Source: Lama guanicoe
Lineage: Eukaryota
Direction of reading: 5' to 3'
Assembly: GCA_013239625.1 (NCBI GenBank)
Contig: MU054323.1
Span: 806,001-870,000 of the forward strand
Length of the DNA stretch: 64,000 bases
Shown: positions 25,846 to 38,110 of the stretch, one piece after another
Numbering within the stretch: position 1 is the stretch's first letter
Layout of the letters: each line of letters begins with the position of its first letter
Notes under the pieces: model-generated
Databases searched by the model: none
Told to the model about the DNA's origin: nothing
Seen by the model: only the letters and a program-made list of their open reading frames with translations
Position numbers and translations under genes: made by a program

Positions 25846-27097
25846 AACAGACAAGCAAAAGAGAATGAAGATGATAATCATGGTTCTTAGCATAATTTAA
25901 AATGTGGCATACTTTGAAAAATGAGGGGCCATGTCGGTATGGTTAACCTATAAATAGCTAGGGATAAAAAATAACTCGTGTGCATATGTGATGACATATC
26001 AAGCATACTGGTGCTATTTTAGCTGATACGCGCGACTCAAATCTTTTTCTGAATTTGAGGTGGAACAGATAAATTTGCACAACCCACAGCCCTACCCGCA
26101 GGTTACTGAGTGGACAGTGTGAACGGGAAGCGGGTGTTGGGGCCTGGACACAGAGGGGTTCTAAAGGGAGGGGAAAGCAGAGGACACACACACAGCATTT
26201 CATCTCAGACACACCGGCTTGAACTTCCACACTCACCCCCAGTCTTGTGGGAGGAAACCCCCGAATCGAACCCACGAGGAGGAAGGTTCTGGGCTACTGA
26301 AACTGCAGGCCAAGGAACTGAGGCACAGAGAGAGAAAGGATGACAAAAGGGGGGGGGGGTTGGTGGGAGACTTCAACCCCCAGGGGACTCCCTGGACGGT
26401 GCTCTCTCCACCACCCACCCTGAGAGGTCTTCCTGATCCTCAGATGCTTAGTAAGCAAACTGCAAAAATCCTTAACCCCCGCCTCCCCCCCTTCCTCCTC
26501 CTCCCTCACGTCCAGCCTCCCGGCTCTGCTGAGCCCTGCCTGGGCCTGGCCTGGAAGAGCCTGGACCAGGAGACCGGGGACCACCAGGTCACAGGGCGAA
26601 GGCAGCTGCAGCGTCTCTTCTGTGTTTCTCTTTCCCCTTCCCTTCCTTGTCTCTTGCATAACCTTTTCTTATCTTCCCCCAACCAGTTACTAAATGAAAC
26701 TGAACATATTCCTAGGACTTTTTTTTTAAAAAACCCATATCAGGTTTTTCTCCTGTTTTTATTTTTAAAGTAGCATGGGCAAACGATTTGAGTCTTTTCA
26801 AATATGTATCAAATAAGCTCTGACTGGGGTCCAGGTTGCCAAAGCAGAAGGATTCGGTCTTTCTCCCTCAGAAAACATCATTTCGTTGCTTCCTGCCAGT
26901 TAAGCTCAGAGCTGCCATGCTCAGTGGTCACTGGTCCCTGAAAGACAAAAGGTCCCTCAGCCCCGTGGGAGACCCTCAGTGGTCAGTTTCATTTGTGAGT
27001 TACACAAAGGCCAGGGGTCAGGCTGAAATGGAGCCCTGCCCAGAGGCCTTGACCCTGGCCTTGGCAGCACCGCCCAGGATCTGAAAGGACCCCTGAA

Positions 27098-27222
27098 TAC
27101 ACACAGTCACACATAATCCACTCACACACATACCTATGCACATTCACATACACAGAACACACTGCACACACACTCACACACACTCACACAGACCAGCCAC
27201 TCACACTCACATGCTCACACAC
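27098..27222. repeat. Degenerate CA-rich simple repeat
   Basis: Runs of cacacac/cactcaca. Confidence 0.8.
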
Positions 27223-28707
27223 AGAAGTCCAGGCTTCTCGAATTTCTAAGGACCAGTCACCCCCAGAGGGACCCTCATCTCAGTGTGCCCCAGTGTCAAC
27301 CACATTTACAGCTGCCTGGCGGCTCCCACAGTCTGTGCAAACTGCAGGACTTCAGGATCCTAAAATTCAAGGTCACTTCTCCCTCGTGGAAACCCCCTGG
27401 CCGCAGCCAGGGCCCTGGTTCCTGTCACGAGCTACTGCTGAGTGAGGAGCCCCTGGATGGGCAGGGCAGGTGCTCCCAGGGGGAGAGAACCATCAACTCT
27501 TTAAACCTCTCTCGATACTAGAGGGAATGTTCAACCTGGCGAAAGTCAGAATTATGATACATTCAGCGTAAACTCGAAAGATAAAGGCAGTGAGAGGGAG
27601 GCAGGTCAGTCCACAGGGCCCTTCACCTGAATCTATATTTCAACACTTCGGCCGCAGAGGTCCTAACAGGGACCTACTCCCTTCCTCCGGCAGACGTTGC
27701 ACTGGTCCCGCTCTGTGATAGGGAACTTTGACTCTCCTTCCCGACACCCCCTTCACCCCATAACACAGCCCTGACTGTGGCCCCAGTAATGCAGAGTAGC
27801 TGCTGGCGCTGGCCAGACCTAGCAGGTCAATGGTCCCCTGCAATACAACTGATGAAACCCTCCATGGGCCCCCCCCCCCGGGCATCAGCGGAGGTGCCGG
27901 GGACCACAGTGAATCCCACACCAACAAGCCTAAGGCATCAGAGGATTGGCGTTTGAGAGAAGTGTAAAGGAAAGGCCCGGAGGAGACCACGGAAGCCTTT
28001 CCCCTCCCTCCAGGCTGCCTGGAGGCCGGATGGAAGCTTCCAGAACACAGCCAGGCAGGAAGCTCAGCGTTTGCGCTCTCTTTTGGGGCCCCGGGCTCTA
28101 CTCACAGACTCTCAGAGAGACAGAGAGAGAATGAAAGAAGTAATTGATTTAGAAATGAAGTTTCTAGGGCACAGAGAAAGGCAACATCGTGCCCAACTCC
28201 CTCAGCAAGTCAACAACAGACCCATGACAAGAACGAAGACCTTCTCACGCCTACTGGGGCCTTTTCACTTCCCCATGTTCACTCTCCAAGCCCGCTTCCT
28301 CCTCTCAGGGCTAAAATGATGAGTAGGATTTAAAAATTCCCTCCAAAGATGAATGATGAAACTTAATTTTTTAAGCCACACCAGAACAAAAATTCCCAGC
28401 TTATTTTTAGCTCTATGGAATTTTTTCAAAAATACGTTGTACCAATGAAACTTTGGAAACTCTGCTTTAAGAAGTTTTGGTTGTTGTTTTGGTTTTGGTT
28501 TTGCGCCACGCACGGTCATTTCATTTATTTCCTATTATTTAAACTGATGAAATATAAAACCGGCCAGGAAGGTATCTGATGAACACACGATGAACCACGT
28601 CACCGCAGCGTCTGGTACCAAGCAGACACGGGAGGGCCCCACCTGTGCCTTCCCAACTCGCCGACCCCAGTGATGCTGTGAGTTCCTCTGGGATTTCTGA
28701 ATGAGAG

Positions 28708-28992
28708 CCACAAAAGCTTCTTTGAAACCCTATGCCTCCAAATTCAGAATTTTTCAGATTTTAGAAAGGTAATACAGGATATACATCATGGACTGTGCAC
28801 CCCCAGCAAGGTCTGGAACACTCCTCCTCCTGATGAAAACCTTGTTCATCCTGTGTGAAATAAATAAAAACTAAAAATAGTCTCATGTACCATCAGGCCA
28901 GCTCTTGCCTCCAAAAAATGAGTTATGAGAAAAAAACAACTTTGCATTTCAGCGCTTTTAGGGTGTTGGACTTGCAAATAAGGGAATGTCAG
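28708..28992 (+). mobile_element. MER46C-like TcMar-Tigger MITE
   Basis: aattcagaatttttcagattttagaaaggtaataca...cacccccagcaaggtctgg...aaataaaaactaaaaatagtctca...ttgcaaataagggaatgt follows the MER46C consensus as I recall it. Confidence 0.7.
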
Positions 28993-29439
28993 AAAATAGC
29001 TCACAGTCCCATTTATCACTTCTGAAGGTACTTGAGGGCACAGATCCGAAACCTTAACTCTTCAGGAAAAAAAAATACACACACACATATTTACAAAATA
29101 AAAGACCGGTGGGGAGATAGATTATATAGGAGGTGTGGTGCTGGATGCCCACTGGATTTTTATCCTTGTTACACTCAAGTGAACGGCACGGCCAGGTTCA
29201 TTTCAAATATAAAATGAAGGCTTTACGAGCTAGAAATTATAGGTCCAGAAGAGTGGGTCTGGGGGACGCTCTGTCAGGGCCAGTTCAGGAGCGTGTCTGT
29301 CACAGAAAGAAGTTCCCTGTTGTTTCTGATCTAAAATAACAAACAAGAAGCCTCAAGGAAGCAGACTAAACACTTACCAAACACATTTTCTTAAGAGATC
29401 AGGCAAAAAGGGGAAACTGACATATGCTTAACTCATCTA

Positions 29440-29882
29440 CAGGAGGACCTGCAGGAATTGTGGGGTTTGGTTTCAGACCACCACAATAGAGTGAGTCACA
29501 TGAATTTGGGGGTTTCCCAGTGCTTACAAAGTTATGTTCACATTATACTGCACACTATTTAGTGTGTAACAGCATCGTGTCTAAAAAATGTGCATACCTT
29601 AACTTAAAAAATACTTTATTGCTAAGAAACGCTAACAATCATCTGAGCCTTCAGCAAGTTGTAGTAGTCACATCAAAGACCACAGATCACCATAACAAAT
29701 ACAAAAACAACGAAAAGCTTGAAATACTGCGAGAATTACCAAAACGTGACACAGAGACACGAAGTGAGAAAATGCCGTTGGAAAAATGGCGCGGAGTCGA
29801 TCCGGTGGAGGGTTGCCATAAACTTTCAATTTGCAAAATACGTGGTATCTGTGAAGTGCAAAAAAAAAACGAGGCGTGCCTG
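29440..29882 (-). mobile_element. Tigger1-derived internally deleted MITE (Tigger1a-like)
   Basis: Both Tigger1 ends are present: TA-CAGGaggACCT...ggtttcagaccaccacaatagagtgagtcaca on the left and aaaacgaggcgtgcCTG on the right, joined without the transposase. Confidence 0.85.
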
Positions 29883-30167
29883 TGTTCTTTGCCATCTTCC
29901 TGAGCCACAAGTATTAACTTCAGTTCAAAAACCAGAAAACTCACTAAGCCTAAGGCATCTGCGCAAGTTGGAAGAGCCAGGATTCCACCCAGGTCTGTGG
30001 GCCCAGGTGCACAGTCACCCTGCAGCCCCGGGAGGTTCTCACGGACCCTCTAAGTGCACATTTCACCTGCCTGGACCTCAAAGGGTTATCATCCAGTGCA
30101 GCTTTCCCAAGGCTGAATTCCTGAGTCCTCATCCCAGCTTTGGAAAAGCCTTTGGTCTTGTTCAATC

Positions 30168-30260
30168 CCTCTGTCTCTCTGTCTCTCTCTCTCTCTCTCC
30201 CTGTCTCTGTCTCAGTCTTTCTCTGTGTCTGTCTCACTGTGTCTCTCTCACTCTCTCTCT
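30168..30260. repeat. CT/TCTG-rich simple repeat
   Basis: Directly visible. Confidence 0.85.
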
Positions 30261-31666
30261 TGACCTCAGTTTCTGTAAAATAGAGGGATTAGACTAAAAG
30301 TGTTGTTCCAGCCTTGACAACACACAAGTCTGGCATCTGTAAGTCAAGACCATGGTTCGCCTGTGCCCGCATGACCTCCAATGACCCCAGGGAGGTTCTG
30401 AAACATGAGTTGGCTCCATGGCTCAGCGAGGCCATGCACTGCACACAGCAGAGCCCCCCACTCAGGACCACGGGGTGGCCTTCACCTCTGACGGACTGAG
30501 CTGAGCACACGATGCCCAGGAAGGACGTCAGTCCAAGTCAGAGATACCACTTCCAGGGAAGCACTAGAAACACAGCCATACATGTAATTTTTATTTTTCC
30601 AGTTTCAAGGTGTGGAGACACATCTAGCTCTTTGAGATGAGGATTTTACTCAAGATAACGCACTTCTTAATTCCACACTTTTCACATATGGAGGGCTCTC
30701 ATTTCCAGGGTGGGCGGTAGAGAGACACCACGCTCTGAGAGCACACAGGCATGGTTTCAGGTACCAGCGATGCGACCATCCCTACAGACACGACATTACG
30801 CAAGTTCCTTAACACAACAGAACAACCATAGAATGGGGATCTCTGTTTCAAAAGCTCTTTGGGGGATTGCTAAACATGGATATTAAATGCTCATTATTCA
30901 GAAGATGCTGCTGCCGCCCATGTTTCACAGAGGGAAACGCAAGACTCAGAGAGATGAGATAACTTGTCAGAGCCCAGGCCGCCCTGGGTGGGCAGCGCAG
31001 GGTGAGACCCCAGGTCTCCTCTGCCTCTCTACTCCAGTGCCTGGGATCCAGCCCCGTCATTGCTACCAGAAGAGCCTGAGTTTCGTTGCCAGTGGGAATG
31101 AGAGAGCTTGACGGTGTGCTGAGGTAGTCGTGTGTCTGCTCTCGTTCCTCATGATCCTAAAATGATTATGCACTTTAATTTATTCTAAAACCCGGAAATC
31201 ATCAAACCAAATGATTTTCTTTAAAGGATGTTAACTTAAAACAGAAGCGCATACTGCAGTCGCTGAGCATCTGTGAGGCCAGCCCTCTGTATCCCAGTTG
31301 GTGGAGACCCTGGGACGTAGGAGTGAGCTGGTGACAGTCCCTCCCGCTCTGCTGAGCTCCTGCCTCCCTTCTGTCTCTTTTGCTGTCAGCCTTGACGCTC
31401 AACCATTTATCGGGATGTTCAATCAGACTTGGCTCCCTTGCTAGGAGGGAGAGCATGGCTTCTGTTTTTTGAAAACACGCCTGGTTCTCCCCATCCTAGC
31501 TCTGTCTCCGAAACCTTGCTGACTATGGCTGCCAGGCTCTGCTCCTTCACCCGTCACTTAGGGACAGAAGCCCAAGGGTTTATTAGCATCATCAGGCAGA
31601 CGTGGATACGCCCTTCTAAGTCACCGAACCCAACCCTCCCATTTTACCAACAGTGAAAGTGAAGTA

Positions 31667-32476
31667 CAGAGTCTCCTCTAATCCTCAGGGGAGATGCCGG
31701 TGGAAACTGCGAATGGTACTGAACCTTACATATACCATGATTTACCCTATCCGCACGTGCCCACGATAAGGTTTAATTAATAAATTAGTCACAGTAAGAG
31801 ACTGACAACAACAAATAATATAATAGAACAATTATAATAAAAGTTGGAACTGTAATTAAAGTTATGTGAATGTGGTCTCTCTCAAAATAGCTCATTGTAC
31901 AAATTTAATGCCTTTTCCTTCTTAACTGAACACGTCATGCACTGTGGCCGTGACTTTCGCAGTCTGAGGTATGATGGCAAACGGGTAGGAATTTCTTTCT
32001 CCTTCACGGTTTCATGGATAGAAGATTTGTTCTTACCATAGATCCTACCAACCTCAGCAAAGATTTTTTTTTTTAATTTCTTTGTTAGGTTGAGAATTTT
32101 CACCTTTCCACTGAAAGAAAGCGCTTTATGGCTTCTCTTTGGCAGATCTGAATTGCCAGCATCACTACTCTTGGGCATTGGTGCCACTACTGAGTAAAAT
32201 AAGGGTTCCCTGAACACAAGCAATGCAACATCGCCACAGTCTACCTGATAACAGAGATGTGTGCTGAGTGACTAAGTGGGGTGGGATACGCCGCACAAAG
32301 GGAAGATTCACATCCCAGGTGGGACGGAGCAGGAAGGGGCTAGATTTCATCACGCGACTTCGAACGGCACATGATTTAAAACGTATGAATTGTTTATTTG
32401 GGGAGTTTTCCATTTAATATTTTCAGACCAAGGTTGACTGTGGGCAACTGAAACTAGGGACATGGAGGGGACCCTG
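31667..32476 (-). mobile_element. MER44C/D (Tigger7-derived) DNA transposon with an N-terminal transposase remnant
   Basis: TA at both flanks (31665-66, 32477-78) and CAG...CTG termini. The minus ORF encodes PKSSDAGNSDLPKRSHKALSFSGKVKILNL...EVGRIYGKNKSSIHETVKEKE, a pogo/CENP-B-type HTH. Homologous to the copy at 63319. Confidence 0.9.
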
Positions 32477-33649
32477 TACAGAGACCTGCTCCTCCTGCCC
32501 CACCCAGGCAGCAAGGAGCAGAGCTGAGGGCATAGCCGAGTCATTTGCCATCCAGGCTTCCAGGCTTCCTCTCCCTGCCCCGTGTCAGGTGTGATTCTGG
32601 TGCGCTACAGACAACAGCCAGAAAGACTGTGTTGCAATAAGGGTTGAAACAATTACATTTCCCACCCCCACCTCCACAACCTCGCACGCTGCTCTATGAC
32701 ACTCTCCACGGTCCCCTGCCTTGGTGGGAGTGACAGCTACCTGCGGGCAGGGTCACCTCACTGTGTTCTGTCTAGCACGGCACAGGGCAAGAACCTGCCC
32801 GGTACACATGAGTTAAGTGAATGAATGAATGAGCGCATATTTATGCTTGTTCCATCATAAAACTGCAGTTCAACCCTTTGGGGGCATTCCATTTCCCCAG
32901 TCTCATTTTAAAGATCTAATTATCTATGCCATATAGAATTTTTATTAGAAAATGAAGTCATTAAATAAGCAGACACCAGACTCAGGCCCTGAGATGATTG
33001 CAGATAGAAACAGATCCATCTGCAGAGCTAAGCTGGACTGGGTAAGCACACTTGCTGGCAAAAAAGGCACAGTTTTCAGCTCTTGGATTCATTGGGTTCC
33101 CAAACCAGGGAAATAAGGCTTCGAAATTACCCAAGGAAGGCTGGGAGCGAGCAATTCTGTGATTGCTTTTCTACCTCCATCTGCCTAGACATGAGTTATA
33201 CTGACCGACTGAATCCCATCCACTCCTGCATTTGAAGAGCCACCAGCTCACATCTTCTGACCTTCTTGCTTCCGTCCCTATATTGCTGGGAGGCATCTGT
33301 CATGCTTTCCGTTCAGACATTCAGTTACAAAACCAGTTCAATTTATTTCAGCAACAAACCAGGAACTCCTCCTTGTGCAAAGGAAGCCACTTTGAGCATC
33401 ATCAAACATTTTCTTTTCACTCGGACATGCCAAACTCCTGTCCATCACTTCTAGGAATGAAGCCTTAGCCAACATCAGAAAGCCTCGTTAATGCTGTGCT
33501 GAGAGCAAAAATCTAATAAAGTCTCTAAATATTTACTATGAGCCTGAGTTATCGCCTTGACCAGTTCCACATCCAGTAAAATCTGCTCACATTCCCCAAA
33601 CACAATTATTTTAGGTCACTGACATGCCAGCCAAGGAAATGACGAGACT

Positions 33650-33830
33650 GTGTACTCTGGCACGAAGAGCAAGGAGGACTCGTTTTAAATTCTGGCCCTA
33701 CCCTTTACTAGCTGCCGGCCGCTGTGCAAACGACCTGACCCTTCTCGGTTTCCTTAACTGTCAAAAGGGGACAGAAATACTAATGTCACAGAGTTGCAGT
33801 GATGATTGGAGAAAATGTCGGTACATATAT
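33650..33830 (+). mobile_element. MIR SINE
   Basis: ttaaattctggccctaccctttactagctg...ctcggtttccttaactgtcaaaagggg...tcacagagttgcagtgatgatt. Confidence 0.7.
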
Positions 33831-33912
33831 ATGGCAACTTAAAAAAAATAAAAGGAAGCTAAACATCCCCAGGATTAAAAAAAAATTGGAGCAGTCATTT
33901 TAAAGTGTTGTC

Positions 33913-34211
33913 AGACAGAGGAGCCAAGAATATACAACGGGGAAAGGATGGTCTCTTCAATAAATGGCGTTGGGAAAACAAGAGTCACATGCAAAAAAAA
34001 TGAAACTGGATCACTCTCTTACACCATGCACAGAAGTAACTCAAAATGGATTAAAGACTTGAACATAAGACTTAAAATCATACAACTTCTAGAAGAAGAC
34101 ATAGGTGGTAATCTCCTGGATGTTGGTCTTGGCAATGATGTTTTAGGGATTTGACACCAAAAGTAGAAATAAACAAGTGAGACTGTATCAACTTAAAGTA
34201 CATTCTCACAG
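33913..34211 (+). mobile_element. L1 ORF2 internal fragment (degenerate)
   Basis: gagccaagaatatacaacggggaaaggatggtctcttcaataaatgg...aactcaaaatggattaaagacttgaacataagac. It translates to NSKWIKDLNIR..IQLLEEDIG.NLLDVGLGND, L1 ORF2p C-terminal half. Confidence 0.92.
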
Positions 34212-34544
34212 ATAGTAACATGTTTTTGAAACTCAGGGTGTTTGTTGGCATTTGAAATTTGTTCCCCTTTGAGGAAATCAAAGTGTTGGTGATTTGCAGT
34301 CTCGCTATGGTGGAGATCATAGTTTATCTGCTGAGAGATAACTCAGCGATTAACCAGCAGTGTGCAGTGTGTGGAGCCTGAGGAAGGGCAGTTTTTAACT
34401 TTCTCAGATAATGGATAGATCTCTGAAGACCAGAATTAGTCCAAAGAGCTCCCCACCATGGTTCTAAGAGGACCCAGAGGCCTGGTAACTGAGAACTCTT
34501 CTCTAATCAATATAACTAAATAACAGCAAGTCTATTGTGAGGGA

Positions 34545-34725
34545 GGGACCATGCCAGGTCCTATAAATACAAGAGATCATTTACTTCCTAGAAGGCAAGT
34601 CTCATTATTGCCATTTTACAGATGCAAGAACCGAGGCTCAGAGACGTTACATATTCCTTCAGGATCACACCTAGAACTCATGGCTGACTCCAAAATCCAC
34701 TGTCTTTCCAATCACTTTGCTGCCT
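34545..34725 (-). mobile_element. MIR SINE
   Basis: ccattttacagatgcaagaaccgaggctcagagacgtta...ggatcacacctag. Confidence 0.8.
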
Positions 34726-35429
34726 TATCCTTGAGAAAGGATTCTGACCAAGATGAAACAGGAGCCAGAGGCTACTATGAGTGGATGAGTCAAAACTCAG
34801 CAAGGAAGGCAGGACCGCCTCCCTGCCGTGTGCCCCTCTCCTGACCCTGCTCACCAGCGCTGAGCCAGGGACTCGGCTTGGCAGCCTCACCCCGACGCTT
34901 CCCAGGTGGGCAGTGGTAGGACAAAGTTATTTCAGCCACAAAGCACATCCTGCCTGATTCAACCCTAATGGGAGCCCCTAGTCAAATCCCCACCTCTGGA
35001 CGCCACATCACCTTGCCTTTTCCTTTACCTCACCAGCTCTCCGATGGCATTTTAGGGGTCTCTTTTCGTATCTGTCTTTACCACCAGACTACATCCTTTG
35101 AGAACTGGAATAGTGTTCTTTTTTTTTTTTAAAGCCCCTGTTCCCCAAACTGTATTTGGTACAGATTAGATGCTCAGTTAACACAAGGTACATAAATAAA
35201 GAAATGGATTGAGTCAGTACCAAGTGTGGAGATTTGACAGCTTAATTATTCCTGAATCAGTTCTCAATCTCTGGGCAGTGGTTTGGGGGTCTCTTGAATA
35301 CCCAGACCTCCCAACAGGAGGAGGACTCTATGTGCCCCTCAGACTTTCAACTTTGCAAAGCACCGTCTGTAAGCTACTCCGTTCCATCCTACAAAAACGA
35401 GCAAATGTGGCCCTTAGGGTAGATGCTAT

Positions 35430-35520
35430 CAACCCCATTTTACAGACTGAAACTGAGGCCCATAGGAGTGAACTGACTTGCCAGGGCCAGCATCTGACAA
35501 TGAGGCTGTTGACTCCCTGG
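35430..35520 (-). mobile_element. MIR SINE core
   Basis: ccccattttacagactgaaactgaggcccataggagtgaactgacttgcc. Confidence 0.8.
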
Positions 35521-37719
35521 TCTTTTCATGCAACCATAATGCTTTTCCAGCTTATCATTAACAGGCTGAGAGCAGGGGCAATGCAAAGGGAGGAAGGGGA
35601 GGGCGGGGAGAGAAGAGTGTGAAGTGAAGGGAAAAATAAAAGGGAAGAGGGGGCAGCTTCTCTGGAGTGTCCCTGACAGATGACAGTCGGTGACCCAGGG
35701 CCCTGGAAGCTCTGAACTTCTCACCCAGGACTGGCTCGGCAAGGTCTCCTGCGCGCTCAGCGCCCCCAACCCCCTGCCTGCATCCAGGCCCTGAGAGTAA
35801 AAGCAAATTGAATGCTTCTGGGTGCTGAGCAGAAACAGGAAGTCACAAGTGGCTCGACTCCCCTCCCAACTTGAGTCCCCAACAGCTGGGGTCAAGGGTG
35901 CATGAAGGACCTGACAAGCAGCTCTCTGGCAGCTGGCCTCCGTGGGAGTCCAGTCGGGAAACTGGAGAACACTTCACAGAACATGCGTGTAGCGGGCTCG
36001 GCCGTCCCCCTGGGAGCAGGACCCAGAAGCCCGCAGGGTAAAACAGTCAGCGAGCTGGGCGTTTGCACACCTGCTCCATCATTTTTCCATTCATTCAACA
36101 AAAACTCAGTGCCAACCTTGTGTTAAAACCAGAGTGACCTCAGGGAAACAGCTCACTCTGAGCTTAGTTTTGTCGTCTGCAAAGTGGGGACAGCCCCGAC
36201 CCTACAGGGTTGCAGTGAGATGAAAGGAAATAACATCGTGAGCTTCTCCATCACACTTGGGTCTATTATTAGCACCAAGGCCATGTGTTACCCACGGTGT
36301 GCCCAAGACTGTGATGCCACTGTCCCCCTCCCACAGCTGCGGGGCAGGAGGGAGTGTGGGCAGGTCGGCCCCCACCTCTTTCCCCTATTTGCCCCTCATA
36401 GGAGCCCAAGGCCAGGAAGAGGTGCAGTTCCACAAGCCCCAGCCTGGGCCCAGCGCCCATGTTTATGACTGTTTATTTCAGAGCAAATAGAAAGGAGAAA
36501 TTAGAGCCATAAAAGACAGGACAACAGACCAATAAAAACCAGCTCCCAGAAGAGTCAGAAGGAGGAAGAGAGGCAAAACTGTCACCATAGCAACACAAGA
36601 CAGTCAGAAGCACGCAGGAAAAACAGCCCCTGCTCTGCCTCCTCTCTTCACAGCAAAGAGAGCCCTTGGACCCCCTTCGGAGAGCAATGAAGGCCAGCGA
36701 ACGACTCACCCTAAAGCTCTGGCCCCCAGGCCCAGATGCCCAGCCCAACCTGGCTAGCAGCCACCCTGCTGGCCCAGCACAAGTCTCAGCCGTTCGGGGT
36801 CCCAGCCCAGCTTTCTGTGCCCTGGGGACTCAGCGCTGTGCAGATGGCTCAGGCCCAACCAGAGTGATGGTGACTGGTGAAAAGGGGAAAAAGTTTCTAG
36901 CAGAGAAAGGAAGGAAGGCCAAAGGGCTGTGGGGCCAAGGCCCTGAATACCAGCTCCAGTACTCTGTCCTGGGCTCCCCCGGGAGCACGCTAGAAAACAA
37001 GGCCCTGGGATGGGAGGCCAGGCCCAGAAGGGTGGCCCCACCAGTGCTGCACCCTACACTCCCAACCCAGCCACTGGAGGAACTCTGGGGATCTGGGGGT
37101 GGGGTCGGCAAATAGCTTTGTAGGTCTTAAATGACAAAGCTGTCGGTCCTGGTCTCTGGGGACAATGGTCATCAAGTAGGGCAGCTTGGAGGAGGACCCA
37201 GGGGCCGGCTGGTCCATTTTGACAGAGGCTTTCCATCCTTCGGCTGGCAGGCAAGACAGGTGTCTCCACCAAATAGCCTGGCCTGGGACCAGCCCTTTCG
37301 GAAGTGGGTCAAATTGTTCCCAAAGCTCAGGATCCGTCAAGTCCCTTTCTTCAGACTGGGATTCTGAAGGCGGGGAGGGCGATGACAAGGGGGCCTGGGT
37401 CCAAGCCACAGCAGCTTGCTGGCTGGCTAAGCATATCTAGGCAGGTGGGAGCAGAAGGGTCCAGGTGTGCAGGCACGAGGGCGGGGTGGGGTGGTGGGGG
37501 TCATCCCTGCCTCTGGAGCTATAAAGAGTGGTGGGGAGCTCAGGCCTCTTGTGGTGGGAACGGGGAAGCAGAGACTTGGGGTCTCCTGGAGGAATGGCTT
37601 TGGGGCCGAAGATACCTGGCGCTGGGGGTGGGGGGAGGAGGCTGAGTGGTTGAGGGGCGAGGGAGGTGATCTGGAATACAGTCAGGAGGCTGTCCTCGGG
37701 ACAAGGGGCAATGGGGAGC

Positions 37720-38110
37720 CTAGCCGGCGGTCGCTGAAGAAGGGACTGGATCCTCGGCTCTTCCACCCGCCCACCCCCCCAGGGCTGCAGGCGCGCCGGG
37801 AGCCGGGGAAGGATGGCAGGGATGGCCCGGCGCCTCCCGAGCCCGCCTGCCCGCAGGCGCCGGCCGCGCTCCCCGCCGCGCCCCGCTTACCCCGAGTCGC
37901 CGCCGCCCTGCTCGGCCGCCCGTCCGCCGCTGCCCCAGCCGCCGCCGCTGTGGACGCCTCTCCCGCGGCCGCCGCAGCCAGCGAGTCGACCCCGCCCCGG
38001 GCCCCGGGGAGCCCCGCCCCCGCCGTCACCCGGCCGGGTCCCCACGCCGGCCCCCAGACCCCTTCTGCGCCCGGGAGCTGGTGCTGGCCTCCGCACACGG
38101 TAACCCTGCG
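37720..38110 (-). promoter_or_regulatory. CpG-island promoter of a minus-strand gene
   Basis: Very GC-rich and CpG-dense stretch (e.g. gccgccgccctgctcggccgcccgtccgccgc) in otherwise CpG-poor DNA. Two Sp/KLF GC boxes (GGGGCGGGG on minus) at 37990-37998 and 38012-38020. Minus strand is G-skewed across the island and there is a minus-strand splice donor downstream. Confidence 0.9.
37891..37985 (-). other. Probable non-coding first exon (5' UTR) of an unidentified gene; TSS approximate
   Basis: Minus strand reads ...GGCGGCGGCGACTCGGG|GTAAGCGGGG (donor GT at 37890-37889). It lies just downstream of the GC boxes, with no minus-strand ATG between 37990 and the donor. Confidence 0.7.

Larger units (their letters stand above)
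1..37890 (-). other. Inferred intron 1 / 5'-UTR intronic region of the minus-strand gene, running off the window start
   Basis: Inferred from the donor at 37890 and the lack of any recognisable coding exon. The near full-length LTRs (16916-17380, 20748-21140) and the L1 ORF2 piece (33913-34211) are antisense to this direction, which fits the known intronic orientation bias. Confidence 0.55.

Noticed and set aside
33948..34154. L1 ORF2-like ORF as an active element
   Set aside because: About 300-bp frameshifted fragment
37891..37985. Assigning a gene symbol to the minus-strand gene
   Set aside because: No coding sequence lies in the window and I could not reliably recognise the 5' UTR, so any name would be a guess
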